From NCBI GenBank assembly GCA_046759445.1, contig JBHICG010000052.1, positions 1 through 24,464 on the forward strand: DNA of 24,464 bases, written 5' to 3'. Below the pieces are notes generated by a model. It saw nothing but the letters and a program-made list of their open reading frames with translations. It made no database searches and was not told where the DNA came from. Shown here piece by piece: positions 6,543 through 15,334 of the stretch (the stretch's first letter is position 1; each line of letters opens with the position of its first letter). Origin of the DNA: Candidatus Scalinduaceae bacterium (lineage in GTDB: Bacteria > Planctomycetota > Brocadiia > Brocadiales > Scalinduaceae). The position numbers and the translations under genes are program-made.

Positions 6543-8666
6543 ATGATTGATGCAGAAAAAATAATAAAGTTAATATGTGGTAGAAAGTATAGTCCGATGA
6601 ATGCATCTGAGCTTGCCGAACACTTTAAGATAGATGCTTCAGAATTCCGGCAATTTTGCGACCTTTTAAGAGAACTCGAACTAAAGGGCTTAATTGTTCT
6701 GGTTAAGAAGAAACAGTATGCGAATCCTAAAAAAGTAAATTTGCTAGTGGGTGTCCTGGAGTGCAATCAAAGGGGATTCGGGTTTGTCATTCCCGTAAAG
6801 GAAGGTATATCCACTGATATTTATGTAGATGAAGAAGATATGGGGAGCGCTATGCATGACGACATAGTTGTGGTCAGATTGCCTTCTCCAATCATAAAAA
6901 GAAAAGCAAAAAGGAGAAGGAAAAAAACCTCAGGACAGATCTTAAACGTCTTACGTCGTGCAAATGAAACAGTTGTTGGCACACTTAAAAGAAGCAAACA
7001 TCTTAATTATGTAGCGCCTGATAATCCGGCTTTATTCAGAGATATTTATGTCTCAAAAGAAGACTTAAAAGATGCAGAACATGGTGACAAGGTTATCATT
7101 GAGATTGACCAATGGCCGACTAGACACCTCAATGCAGAGGGAACCATAATTGAAATCTTAGGAAAAGACGGTGATCCAGTTGTTGATGTCCGATCTATTG
7201 TGCACCAGTTTAAGCTCCCTTTTAAATTTAAGAAAGAAGTCCTTGCCGAAACAGAGCGTTTACGACAACCTGTCAGTTCTGAAGAAATTCATAAACGATT
7301 AGACCTGCGCGACGAATTTGTCATCACAATAGACCCGGAAGATGCAAGAGATTTCGATGACGCAGTATCATTGAAAAAAAATGAAGACGGTAACTGGCTT
7401 CTCGGTGTTTATATAGCGGATGTTTCCTATTATGTCAAGCACGATTCTGCCCTGGACAGAGAAACGCGAAAAAGGGGTACCAGTGTTTATTTCCCCGGCG
7501 CCGTCATCCCTATGCTGCCTGAATTGTTATCAAATGATATTTGCAGCCTTAAAGAAGGGGAGGACAGGTTAACAAAGGGGGTTTTCTTTACATACTCTCC
7601 TTATGGTAAATTATTACATTCTGAGATAAAACACTCAATCATAAACGTAAAAAGAAGGCTGACTTACAATAATGCGACAAAGATACTCATGGAAAGCAAT
7701 AAAAGCGATACAAACCCTATAGCAAACACATTACTTGAGATGAGTAATCTTGCCAACTTACTATATAAAAAACGCATAGAAGATGGTGCACTCGAACTTA
7801 ATCTGCCTGAGATTAACATAAAAGTCGATGAGAATGGAAAAATTGGTACAATTGAAAAGGTCAAGAGAGATGTTTCGCACTTAATTATTGAAGAGTTTAT
7901 GATTGCGGCAAATCTAACTGTTGCAACATTTATGCACCAGAATAAGATTCCGTCAATAAATCGCATTCACCCTGAACCAGACGAAGACGAGATGTATGAT
8001 TTTGCAGAATTCATTCTTAACTGTAAAAATAAATCCATAAACCCGTTTGATAAAAAAAAATTGCAAGCCTTCCTTGATGAAATATACGATCATCCTGAAA
8101 GCTATATGATAAACCTGATGTTACTTAAGTCTTTAAAGAAGGCCGAGTATTCTGCCACTCATAATCCACATTTTGCGCTTGGATTAGAACACTATTTACA
8201 CTTTACTTCACCAATACGTAGGTACCCTGACCTAATAGTACACAGGCTTTTGGACATGTTTATGGCAGATCAACTAAAATCTGATGAACTCAAGGCTCAA
8301 TGGAATGAGAAGATTGCGGGTTGGGCAAAACATTGTTCTCTTACCGAAAAAAGGGCAGAAGAAGCTGAGCGCGAGATAATAAAGCTTAAGCTACTCAGAC
8401 ATCTGGAAGACCATGCCGACAAGGTGATGAAGGGCGTTATTACGGGTGTTCAGGAATATGGTCTCTTTGTACAAATAGACGAATTCCTCCTTGATGGTCT
8501 TGTCCATATCCGGACACTAACGGATGACTTTTACAAGCTCGACAAGAAAAGAGTCTCCCTAATCGGTACCAGACGAGGCAGGGTTTACAGCTTTGGAGAT
8601 GTTGTCAAGGTCAAGATTACAAATATTGACTTATTGAAAAGAGAGGTTGATTTTGTGATATTGTGA
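6543..8666 (+). CDS. rnr: Ribonuclease R
   Basis: N-terminal HTH, cold-shock domains (GFGFV), RNB catalytic TIDPEDARDFDDAVS, HFTSPIRRYPDL and a C-terminal S1 domain. Confidence 0.95.
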   Translation: MIDAEKIIKLICGRKYSPMNASELAEHFKIDASEFRQFCDLLRELELKGLIVLVKKKQYANPKKVNLLVGVLECNQRGFGFVIPVKEGISTDIYVDEEDMGSAMHDDIVVVRLPSPIIKRKAKRRRKKTSGQILNVLRRANETVVGTLKRSKHLNYVAPDNPALFRDIYVSKEDLKDAEHGDKVIIEIDQWPTRHLNAEGTIIEILGKDGDPVVDVRSIVHQFKLPFKFKKEVLAETERLRQPVSSEEIHKRLDLRDEFVITIDPEDARDFDDAVSLKKNEDGNWLLGVYIADVSYYVKHDSALDRETRKRGTSVYFPGAVIPMLPELLSNDICSLKEGEDRLTKGVFFTYSPYGKLLHSEIKHSIINVKRRLTYNNATKILMESNKSDTNPIANTLLEMSNLANLLYKKRIEDGALELNLPEINIKVDENGKIGTIEKVKRDVSHLIIEEFMIAANLTVATFMHQNKIPSINRIHPEPDEDEMYDFAEFILNCKNKSINPFDKKKLQAFLDEIYDHPESYMINLMLLKSLKKAEYSATHNPHFALGLEHYLHFTSPIRRYPDLIVHRLLDMFMADQLKSDELKAQWNEKIAGWAKHCSLTEKRAEEAEREIIKLKLLRHLEDHADKVMKGVITGVQEYGLFVQIDEFLLDGLVHIRTLTDDFYKLDKKRVSLIGTRRGRVYSFGDVVKVKITNIDLLKREVDFVIL

Positions 8667-8718
8667 AAAACTCTTTTGATCCATATTACATGATACTTGC
8701 CTATCAGTGAGTTAGAAT

Positions 8719-9642
8719 ATGCAATTTTCCACCAAAAGAAATTTTGCTGATCAAATGAAAATCCCCGATTCGTGGAGAATACTGGTAACAGGAATCACAT
8801 CAATACATGGATGGCCCATTTTTACTCAATTACGTGAACTGTTGCCCAAATCACGTTTATTTGGTATAAGGCCACCTGATTCTAATATTCCTAACGCAGA
8901 CAATGTTTCGCCAACTTGCATTACAAACCAGGCAAAATTAGAAAAAATAAGAGATGCATTCAAACCCACACATGTGGTTCATTGCGCAGGCGTTTGTGAC
9001 CTGGATGCATGTGAAGGGCGACCGGAATGGGCATATTCGATTAATGTACAAGGCACAAAAACCGTTGTAGATACCTTTGGCAGTGATGTCCCTATCTTAT
9101 ACATGAGTAGTGATCTCGTATTCTCCGGTAACAATTCACCCGCAGGTGGTTATACGGAAGATGACCAACCAAATCCTATTAGTGTTGCAGGAAAAACTTT
9201 TGCCAGGGCCGAGAAACACATTCAAAAATGCAAAAATCATTGTATTGTCAGACTGGGATTGCCACTTGGAGATTCTGTCAACGGTGATAAAGGCGCAATT
9301 GATTGGATTAATAGCAGGTTCAGCCGAAACCTGCCGGTTACGCTTTTCTACGATGAATACCGGAGTTGTATCAATTGTGAAGATATTGCCGAAATGGCAG
9401 TCACCGCCATGGTATTTGAGTTAGAAGGATTATTTCATTTCGGCGGTGATAAGGTCTGGAATATTTACGACATTGGTAAGTATGTACTAAAAATAGGCGG
9501 ACATTCTCCTGATTTATTAAATGGCATATTGCGACATCAGGAAAAAAATGGGCCACCACGTATTGGTAACGTTTCGCTTAATTCAAATAGATTGAGAAAC
9601 CTGGTAAAAGCAAAAACCTTATTCCCGGAACCAGGATGTTAA
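8719..9642 (+). CDS. RmlD (dTDP-4-dehydrorhamnose reductase)-like extended SDR with a degenerate active site
   Basis: ILVTG, P..VVHCAG..D.D.CE..PE.A..INV.GT, YMSSDLVFSG, YTEDD.PNP and DEYRS. YxxxK is replaced by AGKTF. Confidence 0.85.
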   Translation: MQFSTKRNFADQMKIPDSWRILVTGITSIHGWPIFTQLRELLPKSRLFGIRPPDSNIPNADNVSPTCITNQAKLEKIRDAFKPTHVVHCAGVCDLDACEGRPEWAYSINVQGTKTVVDTFGSDVPILYMSSDLVFSGNNSPAGGYTEDDQPNPISVAGKTFARAEKHIQKCKNHCIVRLGLPLGDSVNGDKGAIDWINSRFSRNLPVTLFYDEYRSCINCEDIAEMAVTAMVFELEGLFHFGGDKVWNIYDIGKYVLKIGGHSPDLLNGILRHQEKNGPPRIGNVSLNSNRLRNLVKAKTLFPEPGC

Positions 9643-10620
9643 AATCACAAATAAACATTTGATATTAATCTTTATTTCCCATAATTTTTCAGCCAGGTTT
9701 TCTATATAATCTCTACCTCTTTCACCATTTTCCAGTACATCTAACCATCTCTTTGGAATGCCTCTTTTTCCGTGATAAGCACCACTTATTGCACCCGTCA
9801 TTGCGCCAATTGTATCAGTGTCGCCTCCGAGGGAAACGGCGTAAGCCACCGAATCTTCAAATTCATCACAATGAGAAACAAAGGAATATACAGCCGTTGG
9901 TACGGAATCAGGAGCGCTACTATCATTACCAAGCAACTTGATTACCTTTGCCATATCTGGACTTTCGTCCAATAGTTTTTCTACATGGTGTAATTTTTTC
10001 TTATAAATGTTTCTCTTGTCTTTTACAAAATGAATTAATTCCAAAACAAATGAATGTTTATCTAATTCTTCCGAGGGGTCCATGTTTACGGCATTTGCAA
10101 CGGCAAATGCCTGAAGAGCTGCGCCTTCTTTACCCAAGGGGTGAGCGTGCGTAATTATACTTGAATCATAAGCTACCTCTCTTAATTTATTATGGTCGTC
10201 ATAGTAAAATGCTCCAATTGGTGCAATTCGCATTGAAGAACCGTTGCCGTAGGAACCTCCCTCAAATACCCGTTCACCTGCAAGATTCCAATCAACACCC
10301 CTTTTTATCAGAGAAAGGGCATTTACAGTGCCCCTGCCATAACCTCTTTCAGGATTATGTAAACTAACAAATCTATCTGCCATATCTTTGCCGTCAAACC
10401 CTTTGCATTCCACAAGAGACTCTGCAATCCCTATCATCATTTCAGTATCATCAGTGTACGTTCCTACCCCCATCCTTGCATCAAGCATTTCTCTTAATTC
10501 GCCATAATTTGCTTCTATAGCCACATTACTACATCCTTCTACAGGCATTCCTAACGCATCACCAACGTGTGTGCCCAACATGCAACCAATAAACTTGTCT
10601 TTTAACATATCAGGGTTCAT
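9619..10620 (-). CDS. ADP-ribosylglycohydrolase (DraG/ARH family)
   Basis: GDALG.PVE, YTDDTEM, GNGSSMR..P, ITHAHP and GGDTDTIGAMTG. Confidence 0.93.
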   Translation of the reverse strand: MNPDMLKDKFIGCMLGTHVGDALGMPVEGCSNVAIEANYGELREMLDARMGVGTYTDDTEMMIGIAESLVECKGFDGKDMADRFVSLHNPERGYGRGTVNALSLIKRGVDWNLAGERVFEGGSYGNGSSMRIAPIGAFYYDDHNKLREVAYDSSIITHAHPLGKEGAALQAFAVANAVNMDPSEELDKHSFVLELIHFVKDKRNIYKKKLHHVEKLLDESPDMAKVIKLLGNDSSAPDSVPTAVYSFVSHCDEFEDSVAYAVSLGGDTDTIGAMTGAISGAYHGKRGIPKRWLDVLENGERGRDYIENLAEKLWEIKINIKCLFVILTSWFRE

Positions 10621-10813
10621 ATTTAGTGTTCACCGCAGAGAATGTAGATAAAAGCTAAAGCGGCTGTTCCACCTAATAGTGGAACGTCTAAGGTGTTTTT
10701 GCCTTCTCAAACATATCCCCTTAACCCCTTAGGCATCGGGAAGCCGACGCCCGTAAGGCCTTAAATCCACTTCTGATTCATTAGGGTTAGGAAAAAAGAC
10801 AAAGATATATTTT

Positions 10814-12187
10814 TTATCTCGCTTTTCGTTTTTCTTTTTTACTACCTAAAAATCTGTGTTCATCTGTATTTGTTCCTCTTCTTTTAGGTCTAAAATAAAA
10901 TTTTAGTGGTATTTCACTAAAAGGCAGACTCTTACGCAATTGATTAGAGAGGTACCTTTCATAATCAGAATTGAAGAGCAACTTGTCATTGACGAATAAT
11001 ACGAATGTAGGTGGACACACAGATACCTGTGTACCATAATAAATCCTTGCTATCTTACTTTTTCTTCTTGTTGGACGATGAAGAGCAAAGGCGTGCTCAA
11101 GGGCTTTGTTAAGTTCGGACGTTGATACACGCACATTTGCCTGTTGAAAAATTTCCTGTGCAAGTTTAATAGTTTCAATTACATTCTCCCCTTTTAATGC
11201 ACTTATGAATGATAAAGGAGCAAAGTACAAACCAGGCAAACGAGATTGAACATAATCCGTAAACTGACTAATTTCAACGCCTTCCGAAAGATCCCATTTG
11301 TTGATAACTAATATGCAAGGTTTAAATTGAGTCTTGACGTAATCACTAATCTTTTTATCTACCTGAGAAATCTTTCTAAGGGAATCAATCAATAATAATA
11401 CAACGTCAGCACGGCGAATAGACCTTTCTACCCTTGACATACCATAAAATTCTATAGAATCTTGAATCTGCTTTTTCTTCCTTATACCTGCCGTATCTAT
11501 TGCAATAAACGTCTTACCAGCTATTTCAAATCTTACGTCAACGGAATCTCTGGTAGTACCGGCTATCTCACTTACAATAACCCTATCCTCATGAGCAAGT
11601 GTATTTATTAACGTAGATTTCCCAGCATTCCTTTTCCCAACAATTGCAATCTTCATCAATGGTTCAGGTGTTTTTTGACTTGTGTCTATTTTTGGGAAAG
11701 TAGAAATAATCTTATCCAGAAGATTAAGCCTGCCTTCCCTTTGCAGTGCTGATATTGGTACTGGTTCACCTAATCCCAGTTTATAAAATTCACCTACCTG
11801 AAGGTCAAACTTTGGTGTGTCACACTTATTCACAATAAGAAGGAGTGGTTTTTTTATTTTTCGAAGTCTTTCAGCAATATTAACGTCTAAAGGAGTGACT
11901 CCTTCACGAACATCAACAACGAAGAGAATTAGATTTGCTTTGTGGAGTGCGATTTCTATCTGTGTTTCTATCTCATGAGTGAGCTCGTCTTCATCTTCTA
12001 TTCCAATGCCCCCTGTATCAAACAACTCAAACAGTCTTCCTTCATGCTCAATTTCTACAGATATTCTGTCTCTGGTAACTCCACTTGTTGAATCAACTAT
12101 CGAAATACGTTTCCTGGCTAAGCAGTTTAAGAGAGAAGACTTGCCAACATTTGGCCTCCCTACAATAGTTACGATGGGAAGGAACAT
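10814..12187 (-). CDS. der: Ribosome biogenesis GTPase Der (EngA)
   Basis: Two tandem G domains (GRPNVGKS/DTGG/NKCD and GKRNAGKS/DTAG/NKWD) and a KH-like C-terminus (PPTFVLF...Y.RYL). Confidence 0.96.
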   Translation of the reverse strand: MFLPIVTIVGRPNVGKSSLLNCLARKRISIVDSTSGVTRDRISVEIEHEGRLFELFDTGGIGIEDEDELTHEIETQIEIALHKANLILFVVDVREGVTPLDVNIAERLRKIKKPLLLIVNKCDTPKFDLQVGEFYKLGLGEPVPISALQREGRLNLLDKIISTFPKIDTSQKTPEPLMKIAIVGKRNAGKSTLINTLAHEDRVIVSEIAGTTRDSVDVRFEIAGKTFIAIDTAGIRKKKQIQDSIEFYGMSRVERSIRRADVVLLLIDSLRKISQVDKKISDYVKTQFKPCILVINKWDLSEGVEISQFTDYVQSRLPGLYFAPLSFISALKGENVIETIKLAQEIFQQANVRVSTSELNKALEHAFALHRPTRRKSKIARIYYGTQVSVCPPTFVLFVNDKLLFNSDYERYLSNQLRKSLPFSEIPLKFYFRPKRRGTNTDEHRFLGSKKEKRKAR

Positions 12188-12521
12188 TAGAACTTAGTTG
12201 CCACACTCACAACCCACTAGAATATGCTCACCTGAGCAAGCCGGACTGGTTGAAATGATGGTATACGAACCCAGCTATTCTGGATTTAAGGAATGCAACC
12301 TTCTAAACCAAGGTAAAACAGTAAAAAGAATAAATCACTTATCAGTTAAAATAAGTTCTGATATTCTATACCTAACGATAAATAATTCTATAAGTTATAA
12401 ACTCCTGATATATTAACCACAACAAATCCAAGAGACTTTTTTAAAACTTACGCATTATAGTAAAAGTACAAGACCTTTTATAATGACTTTGTAAACCAGA
12501 AAGTTTCAGGTGAAATAGCCT

Positions 12522-13721
12522 TCACTCCTTTTCCGTAGATTCATCAGATGACGACTCTTTTGGTTCTTCAGAATTACTTTCCTTCTCCTCTTGTGTTGTT
12601 TCTTTCTCTTCTGCTCCTGTTGCCTCTGGTTTTTCTTCTTCAGCCTTAACCTCTTCTTTTTCCTCTATATAAACGTCGTTTATTTCTGTACCATCAACAT
12701 CTTTTCTTAAGAGAAAATATGCCACAGTACTTGCGGAACCTACGAATGAAAATACTATGCTTGCAATTGTCATCTTAACAAATGCTATATATATCATTAA
12801 CATTATAGCAGTAAATTTCATAGGCCAAGCACCAAGAGACGCTATTGTAGCTTTGCCTTCTGTCGAAGTAGAAATACCTGATATAACTGCTCTTATAGAT
12901 TCAAATTTTTGTCCCATCCCAAATCCGACTGTACAAAAGGAAGTCTTCATCATAAGACAAGCAACAATACTCACAAAAAAGGTTAATATTACCCCATAAA
13001 TTATTATACCAAGAAATAATGATATAAAATGTTTAGGTTTTGAAAGTACATAGCTATATGCCCTGCTCATTGCATCAAATGCATCAGAACCCTCTGCACT
13101 TACTGTAGGAAACATAAGAAAGAATCCTATTATGCCAATAATTCCTATAAAGATAATTAGAAATCCTGATAAAATAGCCAGAGGAAATCCAATTGCGACA
13201 GCAATCTCTCCTACATATTTTATTTGACCAAAAAGACCGCCGAGAATGTTACATGCCGCAAAGAATAGCACACCTAAAATAGGCGTAATTGGTGACCAGA
13301 AATAAGACCAAAACTTTTTCAATGCAAAAGAAATAGATTCCTTGAAACCTATTTTCTCTCCTTTTGCAAAGTCTAAGGCTGCTAAACGAGTAATAGAACC
13401 GCCAAAAACGGACCAAATTACTAAAAAACCCAAAACCAAAATAATCAAAACAATATATTCAATCCAATCTGTCGTTATTATCGTAGCTAAGAAAACATTA
13501 AACAATTTGTATAAACAAAGGCGAGGAGCAATCAAAACATTACTAACTATTTCAAGAGGCCCAATCGTAATTAATCCTAAAGCAGAGAAAACGGCAAGAA
13601 GAGCCAAAACCCAGATTATGCTAATAACAACACCCAAAAAAGCAGAAACCAACTTATTTAAGTCAAATGCCATCTTAAGCCCACGAAGTATATCACGCCA
13701 ATCCTGTGCAATCCCCTGCAT
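12522..13721 (-). CDS. Polytopic membrane protein of unknown function with an acidic C-terminal tail
   Basis: Several long hydrophobic segments, EGSDAFDAMSRAYSY and YFLLRKDVDG motifs, E/S-rich tail, RBS AAAGGGG. Confidence 0.85.
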   Translation of the reverse strand: MQGIAQDWRDILRGLKMAFDLNKLVSAFLGVVISIIWVLALLAVFSALGLITIGPLEIVSNVLIAPRLCLYKLFNVFLATIITTDWIEYIVLIILVLGFLVIWSVFGGSITRLAALDFAKGEKIGFKESISFALKKFWSYFWSPITPILGVLFFAACNILGGLFGQIKYVGEIAVAIGFPLAILSGFLIIFIGIIGIIGFFLMFPTVSAEGSDAFDAMSRAYSYVLSKPKHFISLFLGIIIYGVILTFFVSIVACLMMKTSFCTVGFGMGQKFESIRAVISGISTSTEGKATIASLGAWPMKFTAIMLMIYIAFVKMTIASIVFSFVGSASTVAYFLLRKDVDGTEINDVYIEEKEEVKAEEEKPEATGAEEKETTQEEKESNSEEPKESSSDESTEKE

Positions 13722-14055
13722 TTTGTCCCCCTTTCTTCTGATTATTTTTAAACCTTATATATGTTATACGCACTTAATATATTGTTTTGTCCAATTTTTC
13801 AAGCAAAAAATAGTTTAAAAACTGTTTAAGAACCTAAAAAAATGATTTGTGACTAAAACTAAATATCTTTTTTTATGATAAGCTTAATGTTCAATATTTT
13901 AAACGGAATCAGTTACAAACAAAACTTTCTTTGATCTGATAACAAACTTTAGAATCATTCTGAAAAGGGAGGAAATAGCCACCCTGCTTTCATGGAAAAT
14001 ATAATTTATTATTCAATTTCATAAACACAATATCCTGAATAAGTTGAACAATCTA

Positions 14056-14238
14056 TTAATTTTCATTTCTTTCTATCTTATTATTCTTAATCGGTTCTTC
14101 TATACGTTGTTCCTCATTAAACCATAAACCCAAATCAATTAGTTTGCAACGTTCACTACAAAAAGGAAACGTGGGAATGTCTTTTATGGAATTATAGAAA
14201 AACTCTTTTTTGCAATGCCTACACTCAATCTTTGTCAT
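14056..14238 (-). CDS. yacG: DNA gyrase inhibitor YacG
   Basis: CRHC...FPFCSERCKLIDLGLW..E..RI. Start at MTKIEC, overlapping the end of the upstream gene. Confidence 0.9.
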   Translation of the reverse strand: MTKIECRHCKKEFFYNSIKDIPTFPFCSERCKLIDLGLWFNEEQRIEEPIKNNKIERNEN

Positions 14239-14506
14239 TTTTCTTTTTTTTTGTTTTTTTGTCTTTTTTGGTATTAGGAGTGGAAGATGAACTTTCTGCT
14301 TTTGCGCGTGATTTATATTCCTCACTTCGATAATCGGTTTCATAAAAGCCCGACCCTTTAAAAATAATCGTACTACCTGCACCAATAAGACGCTCTACTT
14401 TTCTCTTACTACATTTCGGACATTTTCTAACTTGTCTGGCTGACATCGACTGAAACAACTCAAATTCATAATCACATTCATTACATCTATAATCGTAAGT
14501 TGGCAT
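14225..14506 (-). CDS. FmdB-family zinc ribbon protein (CxxC_CxxC_SSSS)
   Basis: MPTYDYRC..C...FE..QSM......CPKC...RLI......FKGSGFYETDY. RBS GGAGA. Confidence 0.9.
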   Translation of the reverse strand: MPTYDYRCNECDYEFELFQSMSARQVRKCPKCSKRKVERLIGAGSTIIFKGSGFYETDYRSEEYKSRAKAESSSSTPNTKKDKKTKKKKNDKD

Positions 14507-14532
14507 GTTTCTTCTCCCATTAACAAGCATCA

Positions 14533-15294
14533 TTAAGATACAGAATCTTCATCATCATTTACTTTCTTCGTTTCTTCTTCATTAACGATTCTTTTAGAAA
14601 CCTTGACTTTTGAGGGCCTAATAACACGATCCTTCAAAAGAAAACCTCTTTGTAATTCCTCAGTAATAGTATGGTGTGGAAGTTCATTATTTTCCTCTTC
14701 TATTACAGCTTCATGAAGATTAGGGTCGAATGGCTCTCCCACTGTTTCTATACGTTTTACACCATGTTTTTCCAAGACCTTAAGCAATTGGTCTTCAATT
14801 AACTTTATACCTTCTACAAACTTATCTATATCCTTAGAATTCTCTGCTAGTTTTACGGCTCTTTCAAAATTGTCAAATTCTGGAAAAAGATCGCCTATAA
14901 GATCTTGAATCGCAAACTGAGCAATTGCCTCATGTTCTTTACGCACTCTTTTTTGGTAATTTAAAAACTCAGCACGAGTCCTCAGTAGTTTATCGACAAA
15001 AGAATCACATTCTTCCGCCTTTCTCCTTAATTCATCAACCTCCCTCTTTGTTAAAACCACTTGCTCTTCAACATCCGATTCTTCCTCTTTCGTTTCCTGT
15101 TTTTCTTCACTTTCTACCTTTGATTCAGACTTTTCCTCCTCACTTGCGATGTTACCCTCTGTGTTCGCTTCTAACTCTGATTTGGAATCTTCATGAGAGT
15201 CCCTAAACTTTTCCTGCTTTTCATTATCAGGGTTGACAGAATTTAGCTTACCCGTAGCGTCTTTTTTTTCTTGCTTATTTTGTACTTTAGACAT
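14533..15294 (-). CDS. grpE: Nucleotide exchange factor GrpE with a long acidic N-terminus
   Basis: LRTRAEFLNYQKR, DNFERA, GEPFDPNLHEAV and GFLLKDRVIRPSKVKV. Confidence 0.95.
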   Translation of the reverse strand: MSKVQNKQEKKDATGKLNSVNPDNEKQEKFRDSHEDSKSELEANTEGNIASEEEKSESKVESEEKQETKEEESDVEEQVVLTKREVDELRRKAEECDSFVDKLLRTRAEFLNYQKRVRKEHEAIAQFAIQDLIGDLFPEFDNFERAVKLAENSKDIDKFVEGIKLIEDQLLKVLEKHGVKRIETVGEPFDPNLHEAVIEEENNELPHHTITEELQRGFLLKDRVIRPSKVKVSKRIVNEEETKKVNDDEDSVS

Positions 15295-15334
15295 AATAAG
15301 AAATCCCGTTTAACAATTCATAAAAACAAATAAA

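Noticed and set aside
12220..12285. Resemblance to a yybP-ykoY Mn2+ riboswitch (GAAUAGC...AUCAUUUC...CCGG...GGUGAG)
   Set aside because: It lacks GGGGAGUA/AGACC P1 pairing and a proper P3 hairpin, and der is an atypical target. Kept only as a generic structured-RNA candidate.
12198..12416. 72-aa plus-strand ORF (TTG start)
   Set aside because: No RBS or recognisable motif, and it is antisense to the der leader; better explained as non-coding.
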